The notes under the pieces are model-generated. The model worked only from the letters and a program-made list of their open reading frames with translations, ran no database searches and was not told where the DNA came from. A program made the position numbers and the translations under genes. Positions 1-11,236 of a stretch of 53,833 nucleotides of DNA are shown in pieces; positions within the stretch are counted from its first letter, which is position 1, and each line of letters starts with the position of its first letter. The stretch comes from Rhizaria sp. SCN 62-66. Lineage: Eukaryota. Location: positions 1 through 53,833 of the forward strand of contig MEDY01000196.1 in assembly GCA_001724265.1 (NCBI GenBank), read 5' to 3'.

Positions 1-43
1 TCAAACAAGCAAGGCAACAGAGCAACAGCAAACAGAAACGTAC

Positions 44-416
44 CGACAGGCGCCGCCACGGGGAGCAGGAGGGCGTCGAGGGCTTCTTGGAAACGAGTAA
101 CCCGCTCCTGAGCCCCGGCCACCATGTTTCGGACGTCAATCTTGGCATCAATGAGTTTCTTCTCCAGATTGAGTGCGGTCACCTGGGCCTCGATGGTCGC
201 GCGTTGCTCCGTGTCAACGGTCTTATCCAGTTCCGAGCTGGACTTGTCGAGGCGAACGTTGACCTCAATAAGTTTCTTCTCTAGATTGAGTGCGGTCAGC
301 TGGGCCTCGATGGCCGCGCGGAGCTCATTGTCAACGGTTTTACCCAGGTCCTCGCTGAACTTTTCGAGGCGATGGCGGATGGAGTCCAGATCTTTGAGCT
401 CCTCGTGCGTAGCCAT
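44..416 (-). CDS. Partial gene (exon) for a coiled-coil protein with an internal 39-aa tandem duplication; continues off the left edge
   Basis: ATG at 416 opens a stop-free frame, MATHEELKDLDSIRHRLEKFSEDLGKTVDNELRAAIEAQLTALNLEKKLIEVNVRLDKSSSELDKTVDTEQRATIEAQVTALNLEKKLIDAKI..., up to a GTACGT donor-like site at 43. It is absent from the ORF track because no stop lies in the window. A pyrimidine tract plus CAG at 421-423 suggests an upstream intron. Confidence 0.6.
138..371 (-). repeat. Two diverged copies of a 117-bp (39-codon) unit
   Basis: Copies at 371-255 and 254-138 share ACCGTTGAC...ATCGAGGCCCAG.TGACCGCACTCAATCT.GAGAAGAAACT.ATTGA on the minus strand. Confidence 0.85.
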
Positions 417-1296
417 GTCTCTGCGCAAGAAAAGCAAACAGACAGCAACAAACGGTAAACGATTAGCAAGAGGCAAACCATTCCATGGTCGGTGTGAAGG
501 AGGGCGAGCAACCAAAGAGGTCCAACTCCGCGCTGCGCTGGTGTCGACATCAACTCGGCCCCTCTTCCTGCCTCGTGAAACAAGCGTCAAACACTGCCAC
601 CAAACAAAGCAAACAGAACACAGCAAACATAACAATAAGCAACCATTCTCATATCAAGAACATCTGTCTACATGCCGTTTTCCCACTCACCCCAAAGTTG
701 TTTGTTCCTCTGGGAGCCGAAGGAAGGTCGCCTTCCCAACTCGCTGTCACCAGTCCGGTGGGCTGCTAATGTCAATATCTGCCAGGGTCGTTTTTGAGCA
801 TTTAGTCAGAGGAATTAATTTTCGAGATCTTCACTATAAATCATATTCAATTCATAATCACTTTCATCACATGTAATCGACGTCATTGTTAAGCGCAAAT
901 GGCTAGCAATCTCACATTGTAGTTGCGCACACGTCGACACCACCTACCACTCACTAGTTCCTAAAAAATCAGGGAGAGCTGTTGGAAGCAAGAGCTGTTC
1001 AAAATCAGTCTCCTATGTTTCTCTCTACGCGACTGATATGACCGTCTATTAAAATTTAAGCAGGTATTATCAAAATTAATGGCGCACACGAACCCCAATT
1101 TTTCATATTTCACCTGCAAGTGCGATTTAACACCTTATCAGACTCTTCCGTTTTACTTCCTCGTTCGTGCAGACTTTAACGTTTCCACCTTCTTACTTTC
1201 GGCAACCGAGCATTGGAACTAGCGCTTCCGACAATCTCTTCTGCGTTTGATAACTGACAAACGCTGCGCCACACTCGGCACCCAGACACACAGCTG

Positions 1297-2385
1297 ATGT
1301 CTTACACGAACCAGCACTACGACGGGGGCGTGGATGTGTCCTCCGAGGAGGACTTTGACTCCCAGGGCGGCGCGGGCGGCGGCGGCGGCGCAGGCGCGTA
1401 CTCCTCCCACGGGCTCTCGCAGAATCTCACAGCACAGCCGCACATGATGGCGCGCCCGGGCGGCGCATCGTCGCAGTACGGCAACATGAACGGTGACTCG
1501 GAGGACGTGGAGGACGACGACGGCGACGACTTCGGCGGAGCCAACGGACACGGTATGTATAACAACAATAACGACGGCAACATGGGCAACGGCGGTGGTG
1601 GCAACCCCGAGAACGACATGTTCAACAGCGGCGGCGACGGCACCGACGGTGGCAAGGCGCAGCTCTACAACCCGGCCAACTGGGCCGACATCAACAGCCA
1701 GGCACCGCCCGACGTGCGCGAGCTCTTCACGCTCATCACGCGCCACCGTCCCGCGCCCATCGTGCTCGAGGCGAAGCTGCGGCCGTTCATCCCCGACTTT
1801 GCGCCGGCGGTCGGCGACATTGACGTCTTCCTCAAGGTCGACCGGCCGGACGCGCAGAAGGAGGCGTTGGGTCTGATCCAGCTCGACGAGCCCTCGCTGG
1901 CTCAGTCCGACCCCACCGTGTTGGACATGCGGCTGCGGCGCGACGCGCGCAAGGCCGGGCTGGACCCCATCGCCGTGCGCTCGATCGAGAACGCCGACAA
2001 GAACCCCGCGCGCGTGCTGTCATGGCTGCAAAACGTCGAGGCCGTGCACCGCGACAACCCACCGGTGGGCGTGACGTACGCCAAGCCGATGCCCTCGATC
2101 GAGTCGCTCATGCGCGTGTGGCCCGCGCAATTCGAGCAAGCACTTAAGTCCGGCGGCGGCACTGCCGCGCTGCTGCCGCCCGGCGAGATTAACCTCTCCG
2201 CGGCGCAGTTCGCGCAGGTCGCGTGCGCGCTGCTCGACGTGCCCGTCTACGAGGGCCGCACAGTCGAGTCGCTGCACCTGCTCTTCTCGCTGTACGCCGA
2301 GTTCAAGTCCAACTCGCAGCACTTCAACAACGATGCCGGACCCGGCGCCGGCAGTGGCCCCGCTGTGGGCGCTGGTAAGCTCTAA
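1297..2385 (+). CDS. IFT46: Intraflagellar transport protein 46 (IFT-B core)
   Basis: Acidic low-complexity N-terminus, then YNPANWADI..VRELFTLITRH..LEAKLRPFIPDFAPAVGDIDVFLKVDRPD..LGLIQLDEPSLAQSDPTVL..YAKPMPSIESLMRVWP..CALLDVPVY..VESLHLLFSLYAEFK, matching recalled IFT46 motifs. Ends in TAA. Confidence 0.95.
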   Translation: MSYTNQHYDGGVDVSSEEDFDSQGGAGGGGGAGAYSSHGLSQNLTAQPHMMARPGGASSQYGNMNGDSEDVEDDDGDDFGGANGHGMYNNNNDGNMGNGGGGNPENDMFNSGGDGTDGGKAQLYNPANWADINSQAPPDVRELFTLITRHRPAPIVLEAKLRPFIPDFAPAVGDIDVFLKVDRPDAQKEALGLIQLDEPSLAQSDPTVLDMRLRRDARKAGLDPIAVRSIENADKNPARVLSWLQNVEAVHRDNPPVGVTYAKPMPSIESLMRVWPAQFEQALKSGGGTAALLPPGEINLSAAQFAQVACALLDVPVYEGRTVESLHLLFSLYAEFKSNSQHFNNDAGPGAGSGPAVGAGKL

Positions 2386-3080
2386 ATGTCATCAGCAATA
2401 TGCTTGCACCATCGAAACTCGCAGGTCAAAGTTGAAACTACTTGTAAAATATATGACTCAAGCTCAAGTAGTTTTCAGATAAAAAGTGTATTCTGTTATT
2501 TTTAAACAACACGATGTTGTGTTGTCAGTACGTTAGTTTTTAAATCAGTTGTTTCAATCAGAACATTATACAAAAAATTAGTTTACAACTGACATCGAAA
2601 CAAACATAAACATAGGGAGATAACCACACAAACAACGAAGCGACTTGTTCTCTAGTGCACCAGAAACGAAGCGAGATCACGAAAGGATATGTTACTGAGG
2701 CAATAGGCTCAACAAGACATTGCTGGGTAATAATTAACAAAAAACAGAAAGCGAGAAGCAATCAAACATTTTAACGTAAGCAAATATGTGCACATGTGTG
2801 TCACAAAACAAAGGACAAAGGAGTAGTCGGGATTTGCCTGTTTGTTTTTGTCGTTGCAAAACATACATACACTCACAAAACAAACAGGATACTTACTATA
2901 CAAGACAAGAATATGATAAAAATTCAACACACAACTTATTTAACACCAATCTGTCATACTGCAGTCCTCAACCACCGAATTGCTGTTCTAGATTATGAAT
3001 CAAGTTCTAGAATGCTAAACGGTACACGAGATGCAAACACAACACGTTATATGAAGAAAACTAAACTTATGAGTGTCACA

Positions 3081-6000
3081 TTACGTAAGCGCGAGCGTGC
3101 GCTTCGGCGGCGGCGCCAGCGGCTTCGCGGCGGCCGCGAGCAGCGCCGCCTGTTCGCCGACGCTCTGGTCGAAGCGGCTCGTGCCCCAGTAGCTGAGCTG
3201 CTCGACGGGCAGCGCCTCGATGCGCTGCCACCGCGCCGCCGCCACGGCGCCGTCGCGGTCACCGCCGCGCACGAGCCCGGCGACGATGCGCGCGTTGGGC
3301 GCGCCGCCGCCGGTCATGAGCCCCGTCGCGGTCACCGCGGAGGCCTCGTCGCCGGCATCGACGGCGCCGCCGGCACCGCTACCGGCGCCGTTGCAGCCCA
3401 GACCGAGCCCGGTCTCAGCGCCGGCGCCTTCGAGGGCCGCCAACGCCGCTAGCGCGGCCGCGCGCGAGAGGGCAGAAGTGCCAGCGCCGCCGTTGGCCCG
3501 CGAGCCGCCGTCGCCGCCCGCGTTGCCGCTGGAACTAGCGCTGGCGCGGGCCGAGGCGGCGGCGTCAGCCAGCGCGGCGGCCACGGCGTTGGCTCTGTTC
3601 GCCGAGCCCCCCGAGAGGCCCAGCAGCGCGCCGGGCCCGCTGCGCAGCGCCGCGCGGTTGTCCGCGGCCTCCGCGGCGGACATCGCCGTCGAGTTCGCAG
3701 AGGCGCGCGCCGCCGCAGCGCTGCCCGCGGGCAAGGGCGCCGTCTTCGCGTACCGGGCTGCGTACAGAGAGCCAGTGCCGGCGCCGGTGTTAGCCTGACC
3801 TCGGTGACTGTGGCCGTGCGCAGAGTGCGCGTGCGAGTGCGCAGTGGCGGCGCGCTCGGCCTCGGCGCGCGCGCGCGCTCGTGCGCCGACATGCGCGGGC
3901 AGCGCGGAACCGGACCCGTGGAGCGCGTGTTCGGCGGCTTCGGTGTAGGACGTCACCGGCTGCGACAGCAGCGAGGCCCACGCCGCCAGCGGCACCGCGT
4001 GCGCGCGTCCCGAGGCCACCGCGGCGGCAATCGAGCTCGCCGAGGGAGCCTTGACTTGCGACTGCAACGCAGAGGTGCCACGCCTCTTGGGCGCAGAGGC
4101 CGCCGCCGTCGTCGTCGTCGTCGTTGTTGTCGTCGTCCCGGACGTCGAGGTAGAGACAGAGGTCGATGCGTCAAGATCGAAGCGCGATAGCACGACTTTG
4201 TGGTTGCGGCGGCGGCGGAAAGCGACAGCGGCGTCGCCCTCGGCGTCCACTTCCGCAGCGGCAGCAGCGGCGGCGGCAGTCAGCGTCAGCTTCGAGTCGC
4301 CCTCGCTCCGCATCGTGTTGCCCGCGGACAGCGACGCGCGCGCAAACGTGCCGCCGACGCCGCCGCTGTTGCTGCTGCGTGCGCCGCCACTGCCCGCAGC
4401 GGTCGTTTGCGGCCGCGACGGCGCGTGCCTGAAACGAGCACTGCCGTCCTTGTGCGACGGAGCGGCAGTCACAAACGCGAGGTTGCTCGCGGCGATGGCC
4501 TCGGCCGCGGCACGTCTAGCCGCCGTGGCTGCGGCGGCGGCGACGGGATCGAGCACGACCGCGGCCAGCTCGCCGTCCTCGGCCGCCAGCGCGCCCGCCG
4601 CGGCCACGCCCACCGCAGCGGGATCCATGCCGCGCTGCAGCAGCGACAGCGAGTCCGTCACCGCGGTGGCGCGCGCGCGCGCGGCAGCCACGGCGGCGCG
4701 CGAGATGTGCGGGGGGGCACGCGCGGAGTCGCTGCCCGCCGCACCCGCTGCTCCTGCGGCGGAGGTGGGCGTTCCAGCAGAGGTGTGCTACCCGCTGTAG
4801 TGGCCGCGCACGGTGGCAGCGTGCCCGTGGCTGTGACCGTGGCTTTGGGCGTGTGCACTCGCCGCGGCGGCCGCGTACGGATGCAGCACTCCGACCAGCG
4901 CGGCTTCCTTGGCGGCCTCCGCCGCGGCGGCCTCGGCCTCGGTCGCCACGGGCCGCGCCGCGCGCGCAGGTGCCGTCGTGGGCTTGTAGCAGTAGGTCGA
5001 CACGAGCCCGGCGGTGCTGCTGCGGCGCCCGCGGCGGCTGCCGCTGCGGCCCAGAAACGGTGACGGCGACCGGGACCGCGGGCGCAGGCCGGCGGCGTCC
5101 GCAAGAGCAGTCGACGGCTGCTGCGCAGACGCAGCGGCAGCGACGGCTGCAGACACAGCGGCTGCCGTGGCAGCAGCGGCGGCGGCAGCGGCGGCGGCCT
5201 GCCTCCTGCGCTCCGCAGCCGCGGCGGCGTCGGCGGCGTCGGCGCGCCACTCGGCGGCGTTGAACACGTACACGGCGGGCTCCGTCGGCGCTAGCGCCAG
5301 CGGCACGCCCGTGGCGCCGTGCACCGGCACCGGCGCCGCGCCGTGCCCCGCGCTCGCGCCGGCGACAGCGGCTGCAGCGGCTGCAGCGGCCGCCGCAGAG
5401 GGCGCGGCTGCCGCGGCGCTGTTGCGCGTCTGGTGCTGGTGCAGCGCGCGCGCCTGCTCCCGCTGCCGCTGCGCCGCGGCGCGCCCGCCCCGTGGTGCCT
5501 GCGCAGCCACGGCCGACGTCGACGTCGCGGCGGCGGTGGCGGCCGAGGCCGCGGTATGCGTGCGCGTGAACCGCGTGGCGAAGGAGATCTGCTGCCGCAG
5601 CGCCGCGGCCGCTGAGCGGTCCGTCATGGACCAGCGCTCGATCGCGCCTACCTCGCCCGACTGCAGCACGGACCACAGCGTGGCGTGGCCGTCGTGCGTC
5701 GGGACAGCAGCGCCAGTGCTATTACTCGTGCCGGAGAGCGCGGTTGCCGCCGGCGTTGCAGCGGGGCCGTAGTTGAGCGCGGGTGCGGTGCCAGGGCGAG
5801 CGTGCGCGGGCGCCTCGACTGGCAACAACCCCGGCGGCGGCAGCGGCGGCACGAGCGGGTGCAGACGCTGAAGCTTCGCCACGTGCGGCGCGCGGGGAGT
5901 CGCCGCCGTCGCCGCTGTCGCCGTCGCTGTCGCTGCGCTCGCCGTTGCGAGGGTTGTTGCGCCGTCCCAGGTGAGCGCGGGCGCGTCGCCGTCGCTGGGG

Positions 6001-7651
6001 AGCCGCACGGTGACGGAGTGCACGGTGGCGGCGCGCACAGTGGGGGCGCGCCGGAGAAACGGCAGGCCGCCGACGGGCTGGGCGCTGCTCGCGACGGCGA
6101 TTGGCACGGTCTTGATCAGGGGCGAGGGGGACTGGATCGGCTGCAGCGTCAGCGCTGGAACATCAGCAGCAGTCGCTATTGCTGAATTGCTCGATCCGGA
6201 GCGAGAGCTAGCGCCAGCGGAACGCGATGCTGTCGCGGGATTGGCTGTAGAGCCGTAGAGAACGTTGTTGACGAGCTTGGTAATCACAGCATCGTCGGGC
6301 GAGGAAACCTTCACTTTAGCATTGATTTTACCGCTGCTGCCGGAGCTGCTTAACACCGTCGACGCAGCCAGGCTGCGGGAGGCACTCGCGCTGGAGGGCG
6401 CCGCGGTGACCGCAGCGGTGGCGGACTTGGCTGCTGCAGCGGCGTTCGCAGGCGGCTTCACGGAGCGCAGGGCAAGCAGCGTGCGCGCGCGTGCGGCGAC
6501 GGCCAGTGCGAGGGCGTTGGCGAACGCTTGCCGCAGCCGCAGCGCGGCCGCGAGCGCGAGCTGGTCGGCGTACGACATGTTGGAGTTCACAGGAGCAGCT
6601 GTGTCACGGTGGGTATCAGACTCAATCTGAGTGATATTGGGAGCAAAAGTCACAGTCAAAGCGTCAATCGGCTCATCAGAGACTGCCGCAGCAGTTTTTG
6701 CCGCTGCTTTTGCGGCGGTCGCTAGTGAGGAAATCGTTGTGGAGCGGAGTCCCGGTGGCTCCGGGTGCATCGAAACGCCCATATCGGCCGCCAAACGCGC
6801 GAGCTGTGCCGCCGCCGCGCGTCCGGGCCGCGACGCGGCGAGCGCCACGGTCACAGACGACGCGTCACCGCGCTCTTGATCCTCCTCTCGGTTTGCGACT
6901 GCACTGCTGCCAGGACCAGACACCAGTGCCAATGATGTTGACGTCGTCGCGTCCGCGTTATTCGTCGCAGCGTCCGCGGTTGCAGCTGCGGCAGCTGCAG
7001 CGCGCTGCGCGGCGCAGAGGCGTTGGTGTGCGACGCTGGCGACGATCGCGGCAAACGACTCGACGGCGGCGCCGAGTCGCTGGCCGAGCGCGCGCTCGCG
7101 TCGGCGGCGGCGGTGCCGCGCAGTGCTATGCGCCTGCGTCTGTGCCGCCGCCGCCGCACCGGGGCCCACGGCGGTCGAGCGCAGTGCGGCGGCCGCAGAG
7201 GCCGCGGCCGAGTCGGAGCGGGACAGCGGTGCGGTGGGCGAGAAGAGCTGGCTGCGGGTGCTTGTGGCGGCGAACGGCGGCGCGGGCAGCGCAGACCGCG
7301 TTTTCGCCCCCGCACGCACACGCGTACCAGGAGTACTGCTGCTGCCGTTGCCGTTCATGCTATTGTCGTTCTCTGTATCGAGCTCGCAGTCAGAGTCGCC
7401 GTTGCCGCTGAGCAGCTCGCCGCCACTGTGCGCGACGCCCGGGAGCGCAAAGTCGCTGAACAGCGGCATTTGGCCCGCCGCGGCAGCAGCCGCCGCCGTC
7501 GTGGCCGCGGCGCTCTCGGCGGCAGCGCTCGCACCATTGCCGCTGCCGCTGGAGACGGGGTCGGCGACGGCGGCCGCGCGTAGCACTTGCTGCGAGTGCA
7601 CACGCGCCGCCACGGCCGCGATGCCGTCGACCACGCTGCGCAGCCGCAAGT

Positions 7652-7689
<38 letters not shown>

Positions 7690-8504
7690 TCGGTGTTGGC
7701 GCCGGGGATCGAGGCTGGCAGCAGCGGCTGCGTGGGCCGCACCAGCGGCAGCGGGTTGTGCGCCAGCGCGGTCGCCATCGCCCCGCGTGCCACGGCGTCC
7801 GTGGAGGCGAAAACCCCGGCGCTGCTGAGCGCGAACTGCTGCTGCTGTTGCTGTTGTTGCTGGAGGCTGCGCCCATGGCGCGCGCGCGCCTGTTTGCGCA
7901 GCGCACGCTCCCGCTTCGCATCATCGTCGCCGCTGCTCTCCGCGTCGCTGGCGCCGTCGCTGCCCGCGCTTGCGTCCGCGTCCGGGTCCACGTCGTCTCT
8001 GTGGCCGGCGGCAAGCGCCGACGCGAGCAGCGCCGGGTCGGGCTCGAGCAGGCCAAACGGCCCCGGCCCGGTCAGACTGTGCTCTGCGAAGACACCGCCG
8101 AGGTCATCATTGGTATCATGACTGTGACTGTAGGGCCGGCTCGCCTACCGCGGTTGCTGCAGCTACATTTGGCTTTGATTCCCCTGTTGCTGCTGGAGCA
8201 GCGGCTTGTACGCCAGCGGCTGCGGCCCCGCCCCGGCGGCGCTGAGCGCGGCGGCGAGCGCGGGCGAGCCGGGCACGGGCGTACGCGCGAGTGTGCGCCT
8301 CAGCGCGCGCTCGGAGGTCTTGATCACGGGGGTGAGGGGAAGCGCCGCACCGGCGCCGCGGGCCGTGATGGGGCCCGCGCGCGGCGGCCCCGTGGCCCAG
8401 GCCGCCTGGCCGAGCGGGAGCGACGAGATCAGCGAAGCCGAGGGGCGGCGCGCGCTGCCACCGCGGGAGGTGTGGGGGCGAGAGAAGCCAAGGAGCGGGG
8501 ACGG

Positions 8505-8546
<42 letters not shown>

Positions 8547-10346
8547 TTGTTGCTGTTGCGACTGAGCAGCGAGGGCTTGCGAGAGGGCGAACGAGTTGAG
8601 AGGCAGAGTCATCTGCTGGACGTTGCCGCTCCACACTGGGGACTGCGCTCCCTTGCTCTGCGCAAACAGGCCATGCTGTTGATGCGGCTGAGTGCGTGCG
8701 CTTGAAGCCTGCAACTGAGGGCAAGAGGTGCTGCTATTGGCCTGATTGTTACAGTCGTCATCGTGCTGCACCGCGGCCGACGCCTGCTGCGCATGCTGCT
8801 GCGGTAGTGCGCCGGTGCTGGCGAGGTAGGCTGTGGTAACGAGCGACACGGTCTGCGCGCTGCAGCCCGCGCAGTTGGGCCGGGGGCATCCTGGCCTGGC
8901 CACGGGCGCCGGCCGCGGTCCGAACAGCGACGGACTCCCCGGCGTCCCCGCCGCTGCCGCAGTGGCGCCGGCGGAGCCGGCGACGGCTGTGAAGGGCGGG
9001 GACAGCGTCGGCGCGGCGGTGTGCGGGCGCCGGCCGGGCGCGAGAGCCTTGAGCATGTGCTGCCGCGTCCGGCTCGCGGCGGCCGCGCTGTCGTTGCGGT
9101 CAGAACTGCCGCTCGCGCTCGCATTTGCACCCGCTGCTGTTGCACTGGCGCTAGCAGCAGCAGGCGTCGCAGCAGCAGCAGCGGCAGCGGCAGCGCTGTC
9201 AGCGGCGCTGTTGGCGTTGCTCCCGTCGGCCGCCACGTCGGTGGCCATGAGCGCGTCCGTGTCGGCCGCGGCGGCAGCGGCCGCGGCGGCGGCGGCGGAC
9301 GACTGCAAGTGCTGGAAGCGCGCCTTGTGCTCCGCGTCGAGCCCGAAGGCCTCGACCTGCGTGAGTCGGAACTGCACCTGGTCGATGCCGCGCACAAGCG
9401 CGCGCCGCTGCTGCCGCAACAGCACGGCCGCGCGCAGCGACGGGTGCAGTTCCGAGAGCTTGCGGCCGTGCGCGCGCGCCGCGGCGGCGGGCAGCGGGCG
9501 GCCCAGTTTGAGCAGGCGCTGCTCGACGAAGGCGCGCGTCTCGTCCGAGCACAGCGGCGGGTCGATCGCGGTGCGCTTGTTGGCGTTGACAATGGTGACC
9601 AGGGCGCCGTGGTCAAGCAGCTCGCCCACCACGCCCAGCTGCGCGCGCTCGCACGACAGGTGCAGAGCGGTGTTGCGCCGCACATTGGCGTGGTTCGGAT
9701 CCGCGCCGTAGTCGAGCAGGATGCGCGCGACGGCCGTGGCACCCACCCACGCGCAGTGAAACAGCGCCGTCGAGCCGTTCTTGTCGGCCGCGTTAAAGGC
9801 CTCCAGCACGGCCTGCGGCGAGCACTGTCGCTGCGCCCAGGCGCGGATGAAGGCTGTGTCGTCCGCCTTGCACGCCTTGGCGATCGCAGCTACCGGGTCC
9901 TTGACGTCCAGCAGTAGCGCCTCCACGCGCGCGCGCTCGGCGGCGGCGGCCGCGGCCGCCTCGCGGCGCTGGCGGGCCTGCTGCGCGGCGGCCGCGGCGG
10001 CTTTGGCGGCCTCGACCGACTCTGTGGCCGTGGCGGCGGCGGCGGCGGCGGCCGAGGCGGAGGACGGCACGAAGACGGCTGTCCAGAGCAGCGCCGAGTC
10101 CGGGTGGGAGCCCGAGACAAGCTCGCGGCGGGACAGCGGCGCGGGGGCCGTCGGGGGGCGCGCTGAGAAGGACAGCGACGGGGATGACGCGTGCGATGTG
10201 GACTCGGACGCAGACGCAGACGAAGCCGAGGCTGAGGCTGAGGCGGAGGCATCTAGGGGCGTTATAGAAGCGTTATGACGCAGGAAGTCATTGGAAAAGG
10301 CGGGTGGCACCTGTTCATCGGGTCTAGCCGGCGCGGCGTGGGACAT
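3081..10346 (-). CDS. Giant (~2421 aa) Ala/Gln-rich protein with N-terminal ankyrin repeats; 3 in-frame TAG codons
   Basis: ORFs 8163..10346, 4788..7991 and 3081..4691 share one frame and are separated only by TAG at 8163-65, 8145-47 and 4788-90. I translated the gaps and found no TAA or TGA. Ankyrin motifs DKNGSTALFHCAWVG..ARILLDYGADPNH and RNTALHLSCERAQLGVVGELLDHGA lie at ~9560-9795. Final TAA at 3081 abuts AT-rich DNA. Confidence 0.8.
8508..8558 (-). repeat. (CAG/CAA)17 polyglutamine microsatellite inside the ankyrin gene
   Basis: Read directly as (ctg/ttg)n on the + strand. Confidence 0.95.
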
Positions 10347-11236
10347 TTCAGGTGCGGGGGCCGGGCCAGGGCGCGGGGGACGCGGGCGGCGGACGAGTCA
10401 CACGAGCTGAGCAAAGGGGAAGGGTGCAGTCTCGGAGAGAAGTTCAGGGCTGCCAAGTGTGGGTGCTGAGACGCACACAAAGTTAAAACTGTAGAGTTAT
10501 GAACGAAGTGCGCGTATGCAACCTTGTTGTCGACTAAGAAGCGAGTAATAAAGTATGGGAGAGGCGGTTAGGGGAGTGAGATGATGAAACGACAGGTGGC
10601 AACGGGTTTCTTTTCTCGGAGATTTACTGACATAAATACGGCGATTAGCACACTAAACGGATATAAAAAACAAAGAAAGTAGTTGATGCAATTGCAGAGA
10701 AGTGTTCGTTTTACGTTTGACGGTCATTGAATGTGTGACTGACTGACTTTTGTTCCAATGATGGTTGATACAGTTTTTGTTTTCTTCTACTCTTCGACCG
10801 AAGCAGCCGTTACACCCGAAGAAAACCCGATACGCGAGATAACGGAGTATGCTTCCAGTGACCATTCAGCACGCTTGATATAGACAGCACACGACATAGT
10901 TGTAAATGACTTATCTATATTCCTTTTTGTGTCCTTTCAGTCGTTCTTTTCGCCTTCTACACAGTCTTCGAAACCCAAGCATTCACCCCAGCTCACCAGT
11001 CGTCCGCCAACATCTTCCTCACCCGTCTGCCTACTTTGTCCCGCAGCCCTTTTAGAAGAGTTTCTTGCTCTTTTGCTACCCTAACTCTTTGAATTCTTGT
11101 GACCCGCGCCCAGTTCCCTAGCGCGCCACTTATAGTCGGCCCCAGCCAGCCGCGCGCGTCTCTCGCCCCGCCGGCTCTGCTCTAACCCACCCACACAGCC
11201 GCTCAGCAACCCCGCTCCTTCGCCCGCGCCCCGCAG

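Noticed and set aside
2386-3080. Short ORFs in AT-rich spacers (also ~10400-11200, 22750-23500, 26900-27480, 53310-53833)
   Set aside because: No coding-like composition or motifs; consistent with UTRs and promoters.
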